From: an uncultured Parachlamydiaceae bacterium
GTDB taxonomy: Bacteria; Chlamydiota; Chlamydiia; Chlamydiales; Parachlamydiaceae
Assembly: GCA_963742415.1 (NCBI GenBank)
Contig: CAVULX010000002.1
Span: 32,001-96,000, forward strand
Direction: 5' to 3'
Length of the DNA: 64,000 nucleotides
Positions within the stretch are counted from its first letter, which is position 1. The number at the start of each line of letters is the position of its first letter. Below are positions 19,501 to 28,354 of the stretch, piece after piece. The position numbers and the translations under genes are program-made. The notes under the pieces are model-generated. The model was not told the origin of the DNA, did not search any database, and was given only the letters and a program-made list of their open reading frames with translations.

Positions 19501-22500
19501 CTCCATATGGGAAAAAATAGAAAACCCCGCCGATTACATAGAAACTATTTCTGATCTAGGTTTGATGCTCATGGAAACTCAATTAGAGGCTCCCAAAAAA
19601 CCAAGCGGCGACCAAAGTGTTTTTGCCAACAGAAATAACTTGGAATTTTTCATCGCCATGTATCAACTTCAGGCTATGCTCTTTTGTTTAGCTCGAAAAT
19701 GCCCTGATGCTAATTTGGAGAACTTTCAAGTCAACGCCACCCCTTTGTTAGGCCTTTACCAATCAACAGGCCTTATCATTGATGATCCCTTTCTGCTCGA
19801 GAAAATCCAATCTCTCTGTCTTTACCTCATGCCCGACTTAGATCCTGATGCCATGATGAGCCAAGAGAAACTTCAACGCTATGCTAGTGACAAGCTATTC
19901 CATTATTCAAGAGATAAGTCAGAAGACATTATCACCGCTCATAGAAAAGGGAAACTCCGCCATATATCTACGGCAGAGCTTGCCTATTTGCAAAAAATGT
20001 TAAGCTATCCAGAAGTAAATAAAAAGCTGAAGGACCTAGGCATTTCTGAAAATATGCAAGAGGAGCAAAAAATGTGCATTTTGTTTCAGGAATCCCTAGT
20101 GTTTACGAGGCCAGACCCCATTTTTGCCCGTGCTTTCAGCCTTTTGAAACTACAAACCCTTCTTTGCCAGCATATTTCTAGCGCATGGCTGCGGTTATCG
20201 CTCGTGTGGGGGATGAATAATCCAAAAAAAATCGCTCTGCCATGCTATCCACGTAGCTATTCTGTTCTTAGCACAAAAAAACTCTTGGGAACAAATTATA
20301 CAGTTTTAGATTTCTCTGGCTTTAAACCTCTTCAAAACATTGCGAGCAGCTTTATTGAAGGGTTTCGCCCTTCCACAAAATGGGAGTTTCCTCTTCAAGG
20401 AGCCGCTCAGATTATTCTGAATCCCCATTTTTGCCGGGAAGAGGTTGACATAAATATCAGACCTTCTAGCGCTCCAAAAGAAATCCCCTACAAATATTTA
20501 ATGCGTTTCCTTTTGGAACTGGCAGGCAAGGAACCCATTGAGAGAATTCCTGTTTTTATTAATTACATAAAAAAATTAAGACCTTACAACCGTCCACCAT
20601 CAGACCTTTTCAATCCAGTTTTCTTTTCTGCAGGTGCACTAAAACAAGCTATCTTACAATCTCCTCAAATCATAAAAACCCTCGGAGAACTATTTCAAAA
20701 ACTCATTTCAGAAAAGCGGTATCCCTTAGTTTCATACGAAATAATAGAAGCCGGAATCCGTATCAAACGATATTGTGCATACTATAACCTCTCGATGACT
20801 CGAACGGCCTTTCCCGATTTTTCAGCTAACATCCTCTCTAGGCTGAAATACACTCGGAGCAATCAAAGAAAGAAGGAACTTCAAGCCCTATATGCTATCA
20901 GTTTTGACTTTCCTGATTCGATCAAAGAGGAAGGACAACAGGACAAAGCCATAATAGCTTATTTAGATGCTTGGTTTGATCCCCCCATTGATGAAACTAA
21001 AAAAGTGATTAACAATCCTTTAGATGATACTGCCTTTATAGAGTTTAGGCCAAGGCCACCCGATGATTTCTTTTCGAGAGATGTTTTAAAAGCTTCTTTT
21101 TTTAACTGGGCTTCGAATCTTTCCGATTTCTGTATATCTTACTTTGGATTATTGTACGAAGGGGTAACTTACGAAATAATTCCCAATTATTTATACCCTC
21201 TGCTTGATTCAAATAGTCAGGATCTGCTTGATCCTATCTATGTGGCTCAAAAAAAGGATATCAATCAGATTCCTGAAATAAATCGTAATTTTGATCCTAC
21301 AAATTTCTTGTTAGGGTTTACTTATTGGATTCCTGCCATAAAAAAGTGTCTAAAAGATCCTACACGACGTCATCAGTTATTGAATCACCTAGTTAAGAAG
21401 AAGGGAATGTTGCTGCCATCGCATGATAAGTGGGAAGATTGCAACGATGTTTACAAAAAAGGCCCTATTACTATCGACTTTTCAAAAGGAGTAATCAAAG
21501 CAGAAAATGGGTTTCTATCTCCTTTAGACATGCTCGCCTCTTCCGAAATCCTAAATTCTATTATTGGAGACGATCATTCAACTCTTGAAGTAATTCAACC
21601 TGGACATTATTCAACTTCCGATAAACAATATGAAATTAAATTAAATATCGATGAAAAAGAATTATCCTATGAAATTACACTTTTTCAGAAGCATGAAGGA
21701 ATTAACTTTTGCCTTGTTTGCTTAAAAACTTATGCAACCTATTTCGAGGGGGATCATCTCGGAACCCTTGGATTTAACGAAAAGGAACCGGTTTTCCTTT
21801 GGCTTGAAGAAACATCTTCTGAAATAAAAAAAATTCTTGTCAAAAGTAAAAACGATCCCTCTAAAACCGCAGTCCTCACTTATGACCCTGAGAACCCTTG
21901 GATGATGCCAAAACAACCTCAGAGGCAACTTGTTGATATTCCTCGTGATCAACTTCCCGAGGGAATCCGTTTTATATACCGCTTTTGCCCTGCGGATAGC
22001 ATCACTGCTAAAGCTTATACAGGGCATGATTCGATCGATTCCTTTTGTCTCAGAAAACAAAAACTCTCATTCAAAGTTAAAAAAAATGATAGCGGTGAGA
22101 TAGCCGAGTCCAACGAATATCCGGGTTATTTTATAGCGCCCATACAAGAGCATACGGCTCTTAAAGGAATTTCATCTTTTTTACTTTTAGAAAATAGCGG
22201 AAATAAAAAGAAAACTCTCGTAGCAAAACAGCAATGGCTTTCATGCGTTCTTTCAAGAGTTCTATTTTTGGGGGGACCCGGAGAGCGGTTTCTCATGGAT
22301 GAGGTCGGAAGCAATATAAGGTTTTTCGATACGGATAAATTTGTAGAATTAGACATCGTTGAATTGCCGAATGGGGACGCATGGTTGCAAAGCTCCGACC
22401 CTGAAATTCTCGCTTATCTTTTGACATTGTACCTAAGCCAAGGCAATAAGGCTGCAGTCGAACAAATTTTTCAAAAAATGATAGTATTATGCAATAGCCA

Positions 22501-25500
22501 AAAAGTGCCCCTATCAACATGGGAACCCCTTTCCCTTTTGGCCTACATCCCCATTAATTTTGAAGGCATTGTTCCTCTGAGACGAAGCTTATTCTCCGCC
22601 ATGGAACAAAATAGACTTTGTTTTCCTGACAAAAAAACGGAACCTATTAAGGAAAACGGGGATCCATGCCCTGAAGCAGCTTCTAAAAACACTCTTATGG
22701 CTACAAAAGAGATCATGATAGCGGGCATTACCCTGTGGGACTTGCATCAGTATGTTCAGGAACCCGATCACCGCAACCTGATGACACCGACACAAGAATT
22801 ATTCCTTTTTAAATGTGCCTTCTATCATTTAGAGAAGGCTTTAAAAACCTATTTGCCTTTTCCAAAATCTGTCTTTAAAATCATTGAGGCTCTGGGATGG
22901 GATATCCTCATTGAGCTGACGAGCTTATCTCCAGGATTAAGTAAGCGGTATAGAGAACTAAAAGCCGCCGCGGGACTGAAAGACCCTTTGAAGGCACAGA
23001 TTCTTCATTTTGCCGCCCGGGTGTTAAATAGCCCTTCAGGGATACCTATTCCCATGTTTGGAGCAGGATTTTATGCGCCGACATACACTGGCCAAGGATA
23101 TGGGCTACGAAGCTCCTTTTTTCAAGCGTGCTGCCGCTTTCGCGATAGCAAATTCTTTAATTTAAACGCGATGAATATTTGGAATTTGCATTCCCTCATG
23201 CTAGGTTGGATCGAGCCTTTCCCATGTGTAGAAATAACTAAAATTACGGCTGCCGAAATAAAGAAGAATTTTCCTGCTTATTATGCCTTAGCTCGTGGAG
23301 ATTTTCCATTTAGCCAAAGGGATTATCCAAACCAGCCGCTCCCGACATTGGAAAAACTAAACGATCTCTTAAAGCTCAAAAAATGGGGGGAAGACAGACA
23401 ATGCCAAAAGTTGATTTCTTATCTGGAAGCTATAATGGTATCCCCTGAATCTTATCCAGCCACTGAAGTACTTCTTAAAGCTCATAATACAGTCAATGTG
23501 GATGCTAGCAAAGAGGAGTTAGAAAAAAGATATCCTGACTGGAAACCCTTTTTCGAAAATTTGAACGAAAAAAAATTTAGTACATATTTTATCGAACAAT
23601 TTGTCGACCCTATCTACCGCCATTTTATTTTGATGTATACCGCGAATCCAGTCTTGGAAAACTTTTTTAAAAAAATCCTTCCCCCTCAGTTAATGCTAGA
23701 GCCCAACCTTGCCAAAACATCAGAGATTGCCAGCCATACAATGACACAATTTGCACGCAACACTCTCGTTCATTCCGGTCAACCTATTCAAAGGATAATG
23801 CCCGGAGCCCATGAAGCGCTCAATTACATAAAAACTAAAAAAATCACTAAATGGGAATTAACTACAACGCTTGGAAAATACATGTTGGCATTTGGAGGAA
23901 TGGCTGCAGTTGGTTATGCTTCGACTTTAGTCACAGATGAGGCTAATGCATTATCTTGCGAAGCCACTTCATCCCTTTGGCCTGTCAACGATTGCCTTGC
24001 TGTCAGCAATAATCCTTTAAAATCCACTCTGTTGGGAATGGCCGCTGCAGGGGCTATCAATTTTGCGATCGCAAAATATTTTAACCGGCCTGTTGGCCTT
24101 AATGGGATCCTGCCTTATCCTGCCATCACAGCTCCTGCTGTGATTTTTGCTGGCAAGACATATCACGCTTTAAGATACAAAAATCCGATCGACGCCCTTT
24201 CAAAAAAAAGAAAACCATGTGCGCTGCAAGCCAAAGCAGATTTGTCTTCCTTAAAGACCGAGGATGGGAAAATAGACGCCTTTTTAGATGAATTGTTTGC
24301 TTTAGCCTTTACTGAAAAGGTCCCTTCGTTGAAAAAGGAAAAACGGGTCAAGGAGTTCTCCTGCAAAAACAGCGATTCTCCTGTTGTTCGCGATCGTTTT
24401 GAACGGGTCAATGCCAGCATTAAGGCTTTTTATGCGAAAAACAACCGCGTTCTGCCAACCTTTACGCTGGCCAATCCAGATGCTTTGGCTGACGTTGATC
24501 TCCGTTTGCAAATTTTTTATCTCTTTTTTTCCCGCCATGTGGCTGAAGAAAAGAAAAATCTACTTGATATTTTTAATACCCCAAAGCCAGCAAAAAATCT
24601 GTTTTCCCGCGAGGTGACCTGGAACGATTTATTTGCATGTGTTCAACGCAACACGTTAGACATTCTTAGTGAAGAAATCGGGCTTTCTGACGAGATCCTG
24701 CCTGATTTAAAACAGGCCATGGCTCTTATCGACCTTAAAACCTCTCGCATGCAACAAATGGAACGCCTTTTAGCTTTGACGCAAAAATTACATTCGCTTC
24801 CGGTCGATCCCAACTCCCAGGACTATTGTGAATTAGTGGAGCAACTCGCTGTAGAACTCAAAACGAGGACAACTTTTAGTTTTGAACATACCCCTCCCGA
24901 TTTAACAATCTTGAATCTCCATTTTCAGGCTATGTCAGGCAAGATGCTTTGGGAGCGGCAAGCTGAAAACCGTAGGAAGGTATTGTATGATCACCAAGGG
25001 GATCTCGCTACTGAAGAGGCCCCTGGGGATGGTAAAACCGATTATGGGATCCCCATGACAGCAACCCACGAATCAAACAAGGGAATTCTTGCCATTCCAA
25101 TAGCTCCAAAACAGCTGGCTGGGGATCATCAACCAAAAATTGCCGCCCAATTGCGTTCCATTTTTAAAAAGATCTCATATGCTCAAACTTTTCGCCGTGA
25201 AATCCGTCTTGAAAAGAAAAATTTAGAAGCCCTTTTTGCGTTAATGAGCAATGCGACAAAAGGGGGGGAGGCCATCCAGCTCACCAAAGAAGATGCTCAA
25301 ACATTGCGAGCCATGTTTGATGACCGCCTTTATGCTTACTTCCATAAAACCGCTGGCAAAAACGTTGAGGAAGAGCGTTGCCTTATCCTTTTTCACAAAA
25401 TTTTACATCTTTTGTTTTCACAAGCCATAGCCATCGTGGATGAAACCCATGAAACCTATCGCCACAGGCACCAATTAAACTTTACCGTAGGACTTCCTAA

Positions 25501-28333
25501 AAAAATTCCCGATGACCTTTACATCATCATGGAAGCCACAGCACGTGTGCTTTCCCACGATCCCGATTTTCTTGAACCAGCACAAAAAAATAAACTTTAT
25601 AAAATCGACCCTCAAATTTATAAAGCATCAGTTAAGCTGCGCGCAGCCCAGGAGATGAGTCAATATTGGCGCTTTGGCATAAAAAATCCTAAACAACAAC
25701 GAGAATTTGTTGCTTTTGTCTGCGATGAAGCTGACCAAATCCCTGAGTGGATTAAAAAAGACAAGCTTCTATATCAGCAAGTCTCCTTAGTGAAAGGGAT
25801 GTTGAATATTTTAATTCCAATGAATTTCCACAATGTGGTGAACGTGGATTTCATGCCGTCCCAAAAAGGGAACGGGGAATTCGCCCGCCCCGCCGACGGC
25901 AATAGCCATGTGGTCGAACAAGATTCTATACAAAGCCCTTATGAAACTTTAGTTAAAACTATGCTGATGCTTTTTGCGCAAGGTTTGAGCGTCGATCAAT
26001 TCGATGGTTTGTTGGATACTTTATGGCGCAACACATATAAGCAGATGTTAAAAAAGAATATCCTTTATTCAAAAACCAAGTGTTGCAAGAAATTTGGAGC
26101 CATCCTCACAGAAAATCTCTTGATTAGTTCAAATCGGACAACATCCGATCAATTTAAAAAGGCCTATGAAAAGCTTCGATTCGACCCTGACATCTGCCTC
26201 CTTTATATCCGCTATTGCATTTGGAAACAGATCCGGTATTGGGATAAATGTATTCAAATTACCTCCCAAGACTTTGCCTTTATTTTTCATCGGCAGATCT
26301 CTTGCACGGGAACCCCTTATAATGATGGAACTTATTCCCCCTGGATGAAAATGTTAAGGGATCCTACTACCATCGGGGAACTGCTCCATATCATCACTCA
26401 AAAATGCCCTGAAGATGGAATCCATATCCTAGAGAGTTCTACCCCCCGCCAAATCCTAAATGAGATTCTCGCCCGTTTTTTCACCAAAGGTTCCAAGTTT
26501 TCCGCAATCATCGATGGAGGGGCGCAATTCACCGGGATTCCCAATGAAGACGTTGCTCGATTCATAATGGATTTTTGCTTATTACATAGAAAGGATATTG
26601 AAGCTGTCAAATTCTACAAAGAAGATGCCAATGGCAATGAGCAAGTACATTGTTTTGCCAGAGGATGCCCGAATGCTATCCCTGATTCAGTTTCCTTGGA
26701 TCCCCGGAAATGTCTCACCTATTATGACCAACGGCACGGTTTTGGAGCTGATATTAAGCAATTGGGCGATGGCTTAGTAACAATGGGACCCAATCATCCT
26801 CTCTATCGTTTGCAGCAAGAGCTTTTCCGCATTCGGGGTTTGAAAAAACAACCACGTTTAACAAAAATCAAGCAAACCCGCCTTCATTCCTCCTTGCAAC
26901 AGATCCACATTTGCATGACTAAAGATGTCCAGCGGATGATTATGGGAATAAGCCAACAAGACTCCAAAGATATTCCTAAACCCATATTAACCGACATTAT
27001 CAATTACGCCATTAGGAACGAAGCGGCCATTGCCGAAGAGGAAAATTACCCATCCACACGACGCAAAATTTTAGCATTCATCAAACGGGCTATCCATGCC
27101 AAAATGATGGAAATTTCAGGCGAAAAATTCAGCCATTGGAGCAAGATCTGGCTTTCGTTTGAATCCCTCTTTGTCAATCATGTCGAAGATGACCCTAGTA
27201 AAATTTTCGGCTTAATTAAAGATGAAGTGGACTCTGAAGAAGCCATCGACGTCTCTATAGAAAATGCTTATGCACTTATCGAAGAGAGCCCCTATTTCTC
27301 AAAGAAAGAAAAAAACAAGGTTAGAGAAGAGATCCTCAAGATGACCATTCCTGTTATGCAAGAAAAGGTTACAATCTGGAAAAAAGATACTTATTCCTCT
27401 CCCATAACTGACCTTATGGATGGATTGGAAACAACACAGATCGCCGAAAATACAGACGACCAAGAAATCAATGAAGAAAATAACCTTGAACAAGATAATG
27501 ACAAAGAAGACCAACAAGAGATCCAAAACCAGCTGCAAGTGATGAACCAAAATGAAGGTTTTTTTAAATTTCGTTATACAGAATGGGAATGGCCTCAAAT
27601 CACCGATCCCGCTTCGCTCGATTGGTTGACACTCAGCCGACCCAACTATGAATATCTTCGGTTTGGTCAATCCACCCTTTGGGGCTTGCATAAAAAAATC
27701 CCCTGCCCGTTTTATTCTGTTAGAGCTCTTTTGGAAGTCGCTGAAACGGAAGCCCTAAAAATAGCAGCCCAATATTTTGATGAACGTTTATGGATGGCAA
27801 ACAACTTTGTGCCTCGCAAAACACTCAAATGGCTAGATAAAGCGATAGACGTGGGAAGCAAAAACCAATTCAACCTCCGAACAGTTTTGATGCATCTCGA
27901 AGAAGAGAACGGGGGAAATTATAAGGTCATCAAAATGGGTCCGCTATCCCTTCACGATACCGCTTATTGGCATCAATTGCTCCCCCCTCATAAAGACTTT
28001 TGGGCAAAAAAGGGGATAAAAACAGTCTTATGGGATGTTTATTCTAAATCTGTTCTAGCAGGGTGCCCCATCGATCAAGACCTTCTTCGCAAGCACGAAG
28101 AGGTCAACCTTTTGATTGGTCAATTGAAAATGCTCGATGGGGATACCAAACTCAAAAGGGAAAGGAAAGCCCTATTGAAATGGTTGTTGACAGTGGATGC
28201 CGAACAGGTCGAAAATGCCTTTAATGCTATATTCATGCAGCGTAGCGACCTAAGGACGAAATATGAAGGATCTCAAGCAGAAGAGCTCTTTATTGATGCT
28301 AAGCCCAATCACCCCTATGAAGAAGAAATATAA
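16529..28333 (+). CDS. Giant protein 1 (3934 aa) with C-terminal P-loop/DExH helicase-like (DUF3638-like) region; putative effector
   Basis: Uninterrupted 11.8-kb ORF; EEAPGDGKT, IVDETHE, IIDGGA, YYDQRH; collinear with downstream paralog. Confidence 0.9.
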   Translation: MNVPDAISLIALLREHADFNKPLKPQLEDLFVTSPFSEGTVYLRKSWKGRIVSFIQFPWQKSVSAIKTERCIAKAIALLPKEDTEKVKQGLEGFRISQLFRECPFSPEVFTMEQMPVLPFAESTCIEQIKKTQTENIKKEKEKAQSLSLLRGVSVNSDVKIDFSLFEALFNLEDKQKLPSILDYLKKFLTKHPEYASPQVEQKIAALTEGLEEETEMSKSFFKNGKPLPSEIRIKRMHEISIEMVNKVQSLDAKQKQKKLFFFSFGHSSPSISSFFAKLHLLPEKVLHQFPEPIKKFIQEGQLPDPETLSTQLIEACLKKVQKEFPDIHLNEIFGSSLNDLDIKDFNYMFDNPSREMPLLLAFFLPDIFEPYAHSILQKGGFSLVSHYFDAPIVKFALQWIAQNGKEILNKDCRPEFLKKKKEELTDLIGQLIDENFQKITDEIIAHLKNVQTVLPPEIIELLDLDSLFSSGPVWLEFEKQKDESFNLAIYTLGNGLNYHPRHYRTGKPYAVLRLSKITKERINTDFFYSLLQTHFEPLWDPKASSKASDIYLGPIAYLKGQPSSNRSEDHQIDDNSSAAEWRIVCTQLLKPFDEKNNPIFEMHLEALVQFCQPYLTGPDRTLVIPNEKWDKIIPLLEKSLSVLEAEMIPIKKIKKCEKKVSQVDATIAEIKNAIDAFKKTNFKKLADKKEDPLDFASNDSIKEGFQSLCEDAGINEQSLSSIRDIFTWLLGDEGTQLFDSFILPYKDLIPKFPASTDAAPEVSSKEKTKVNNRSEPSGNPGSYFEIYLSIAATMIRLIQAGLGFYQYQLGHFLKWPFLLSMLPKIIPASVWEWYNKVMLAVKFQLARLGVHILWNYILDESQRKKVSAFWDRMQEKIKQTRSHIERKTAISYRLEMATDIPDITTKKPQLLNFEPDKIRGQFTKGELKPSPYHLPPFPLYRKGIKPTSSLELNEALEAILKESRELPSAEAKAPFLVHHILRLDSPLFSSSIWEKIENPADYIETISDLGLMLMETQLEAPKKPSGDQSVFANRNNLEFFIAMYQLQAMLFCLARKCPDANLENFQVNATPLLGLYQSTGLIIDDPFLLEKIQSLCLYLMPDLDPDAMMSQEKLQRYASDKLFHYSRDKSEDIITAHRKGKLRHISTAELAYLQKMLSYPEVNKKLKDLGISENMQEEQKMCILFQESLVFTRPDPIFARAFSLLKLQTLLCQHISSAWLRLSLVWGMNNPKKIALPCYPRSYSVLSTKKLLGTNYTVLDFSGFKPLQNIASSFIEGFRPSTKWEFPLQGAAQIILNPHFCREEVDINIRPSSAPKEIPYKYLMRFLLELAGKEPIERIPVFINYIKKLRPYNRPPSDLFNPVFFSAGALKQAILQSPQIIKTLGELFQKLISEKRYPLVSYEIIEAGIRIKRYCAYYNLSMTRTAFPDFSANILSRLKYTRSNQRKKELQALYAISFDFPDSIKEEGQQDKAIIAYLDAWFDPPIDETKKVINNPLDDTAFIEFRPRPPDDFFSRDVLKASFFNWASNLSDFCISYFGLLYEGVTYEIIPNYLYPLLDSNSQDLLDPIYVAQKKDINQIPEINRNFDPTNFLLGFTYWIPAIKKCLKDPTRRHQLLNHLVKKKGMLLPSHDKWEDCNDVYKKGPITIDFSKGVIKAENGFLSPLDMLASSEILNSIIGDDHSTLEVIQPGHYSTSDKQYEIKLNIDEKELSYEITLFQKHEGINFCLVCLKTYATYFEGDHLGTLGFNEKEPVFLWLEETSSEIKKILVKSKNDPSKTAVLTYDPENPWMMPKQPQRQLVDIPRDQLPEGIRFIYRFCPADSITAKAYTGHDSIDSFCLRKQKLSFKVKKNDSGEIAESNEYPGYFIAPIQEHTALKGISSFLLLENSGNKKKTLVAKQQWLSCVLSRVLFLGGPGERFLMDEVGSNIRFFDTDKFVELDIVELPNGDAWLQSSDPEILAYLLTLYLSQGNKAAVEQIFQKMIVLCNSQKVPLSTWEPLSLLAYIPINFEGIVPLRRSLFSAMEQNRLCFPDKKTEPIKENGDPCPEAASKNTLMATKEIMIAGITLWDLHQYVQEPDHRNLMTPTQELFLFKCAFYHLEKALKTYLPFPKSVFKIIEALGWDILIELTSLSPGLSKRYRELKAAAGLKDPLKAQILHFAARVLNSPSGIPIPMFGAGFYAPTYTGQGYGLRSSFFQACCRFRDSKFFNLNAMNIWNLHSLMLGWIEPFPCVEITKITAAEIKKNFPAYYALARGDFPFSQRDYPNQPLPTLEKLNDLLKLKKWGEDRQCQKLISYLEAIMVSPESYPATEVLLKAHNTVNVDASKEELEKRYPDWKPFFENLNEKKFSTYFIEQFVDPIYRHFILMYTANPVLENFFKKILPPQLMLEPNLAKTSEIASHTMTQFARNTLVHSGQPIQRIMPGAHEALNYIKTKKITKWELTTTLGKYMLAFGGMAAVGYASTLVTDEANALSCEATSSLWPVNDCLAVSNNPLKSTLLGMAAAGAINFAIAKYFNRPVGLNGILPYPAITAPAVIFAGKTYHALRYKNPIDALSKKRKPCALQAKADLSSLKTEDGKIDAFLDELFALAFTEKVPSLKKEKRVKEFSCKNSDSPVVRDRFERVNASIKAFYAKNNRVLPTFTLANPDALADVDLRLQIFYLFFSRHVAEEKKNLLDIFNTPKPAKNLFSREVTWNDLFACVQRNTLDILSEEIGLSDEILPDLKQAMALIDLKTSRMQQMERLLALTQKLHSLPVDPNSQDYCELVEQLAVELKTRTTFSFEHTPPDLTILNLHFQAMSGKMLWERQAENRRKVLYDHQGDLATEEAPGDGKTDYGIPMTATHESNKGILAIPIAPKQLAGDHQPKIAAQLRSIFKKISYAQTFRREIRLEKKNLEALFALMSNATKGGEAIQLTKEDAQTLRAMFDDRLYAYFHKTAGKNVEEERCLILFHKILHLLFSQAIAIVDETHETYRHRHQLNFTVGLPKKIPDDLYIIMEATARVLSHDPDFLEPAQKNKLYKIDPQIYKASVKLRAAQEMSQYWRFGIKNPKQQREFVAFVCDEADQIPEWIKKDKLLYQQVSLVKGMLNILIPMNFHNVVNVDFMPSQKGNGEFARPADGNSHVVEQDSIQSPYETLVKTMLMLFAQGLSVDQFDGLLDTLWRNTYKQMLKKNILYSKTKCCKKFGAILTENLLISSNRTTSDQFKKAYEKLRFDPDICLLYIRYCIWKQIRYWDKCIQITSQDFAFIFHRQISCTGTPYNDGTYSPWMKMLRDPTTIGELLHIITQKCPEDGIHILESSTPRQILNEILARFFTKGSKFSAIIDGGAQFTGIPNEDVARFIMDFCLLHRKDIEAVKFYKEDANGNEQVHCFARGCPNAIPDSVSLDPRKCLTYYDQRHGFGADIKQLGDGLVTMGPNHPLYRLQQELFRIRGLKKQPRLTKIKQTRLHSSLQQIHICMTKDVQRMIMGISQQDSKDIPKPILTDIINYAIRNEAAIAEEENYPSTRRKILAFIKRAIHAKMMEISGEKFSHWSKIWLSFESLFVNHVEDDPSKIFGLIKDEVDSEEAIDVSIENAYALIEESPYFSKKEKNKVREEILKMTIPVMQEKVTIWKKDTYSSPITDLMDGLETTQIAENTDDQEINEENNLEQDNDKEDQQEIQNQLQVMNQNEGFFKFRYTEWEWPQITDPASLDWLTLSRPNYEYLRFGQSTLWGLHKKIPCPFYSVRALLEVAETEALKIAAQYFDERLWMANNFVPRKTLKWLDKAIDVGSKNQFNLRTVLMHLEEENGGNYKVIKMGPLSLHDTAYWHQLLPPHKDFWAKKGIKTVLWDVYSKSVLAGCPIDQDLLRKHEEVNLLIGQLKMLDGDTKLKRERKALLKWLLTVDAEQVENAFNAIFMQRSDLRTKYEGSQAEELFIDAKPNHPYEEEI

Positions 28334-28354
28334 ATCTTTTAATAAAGCCGTTTT

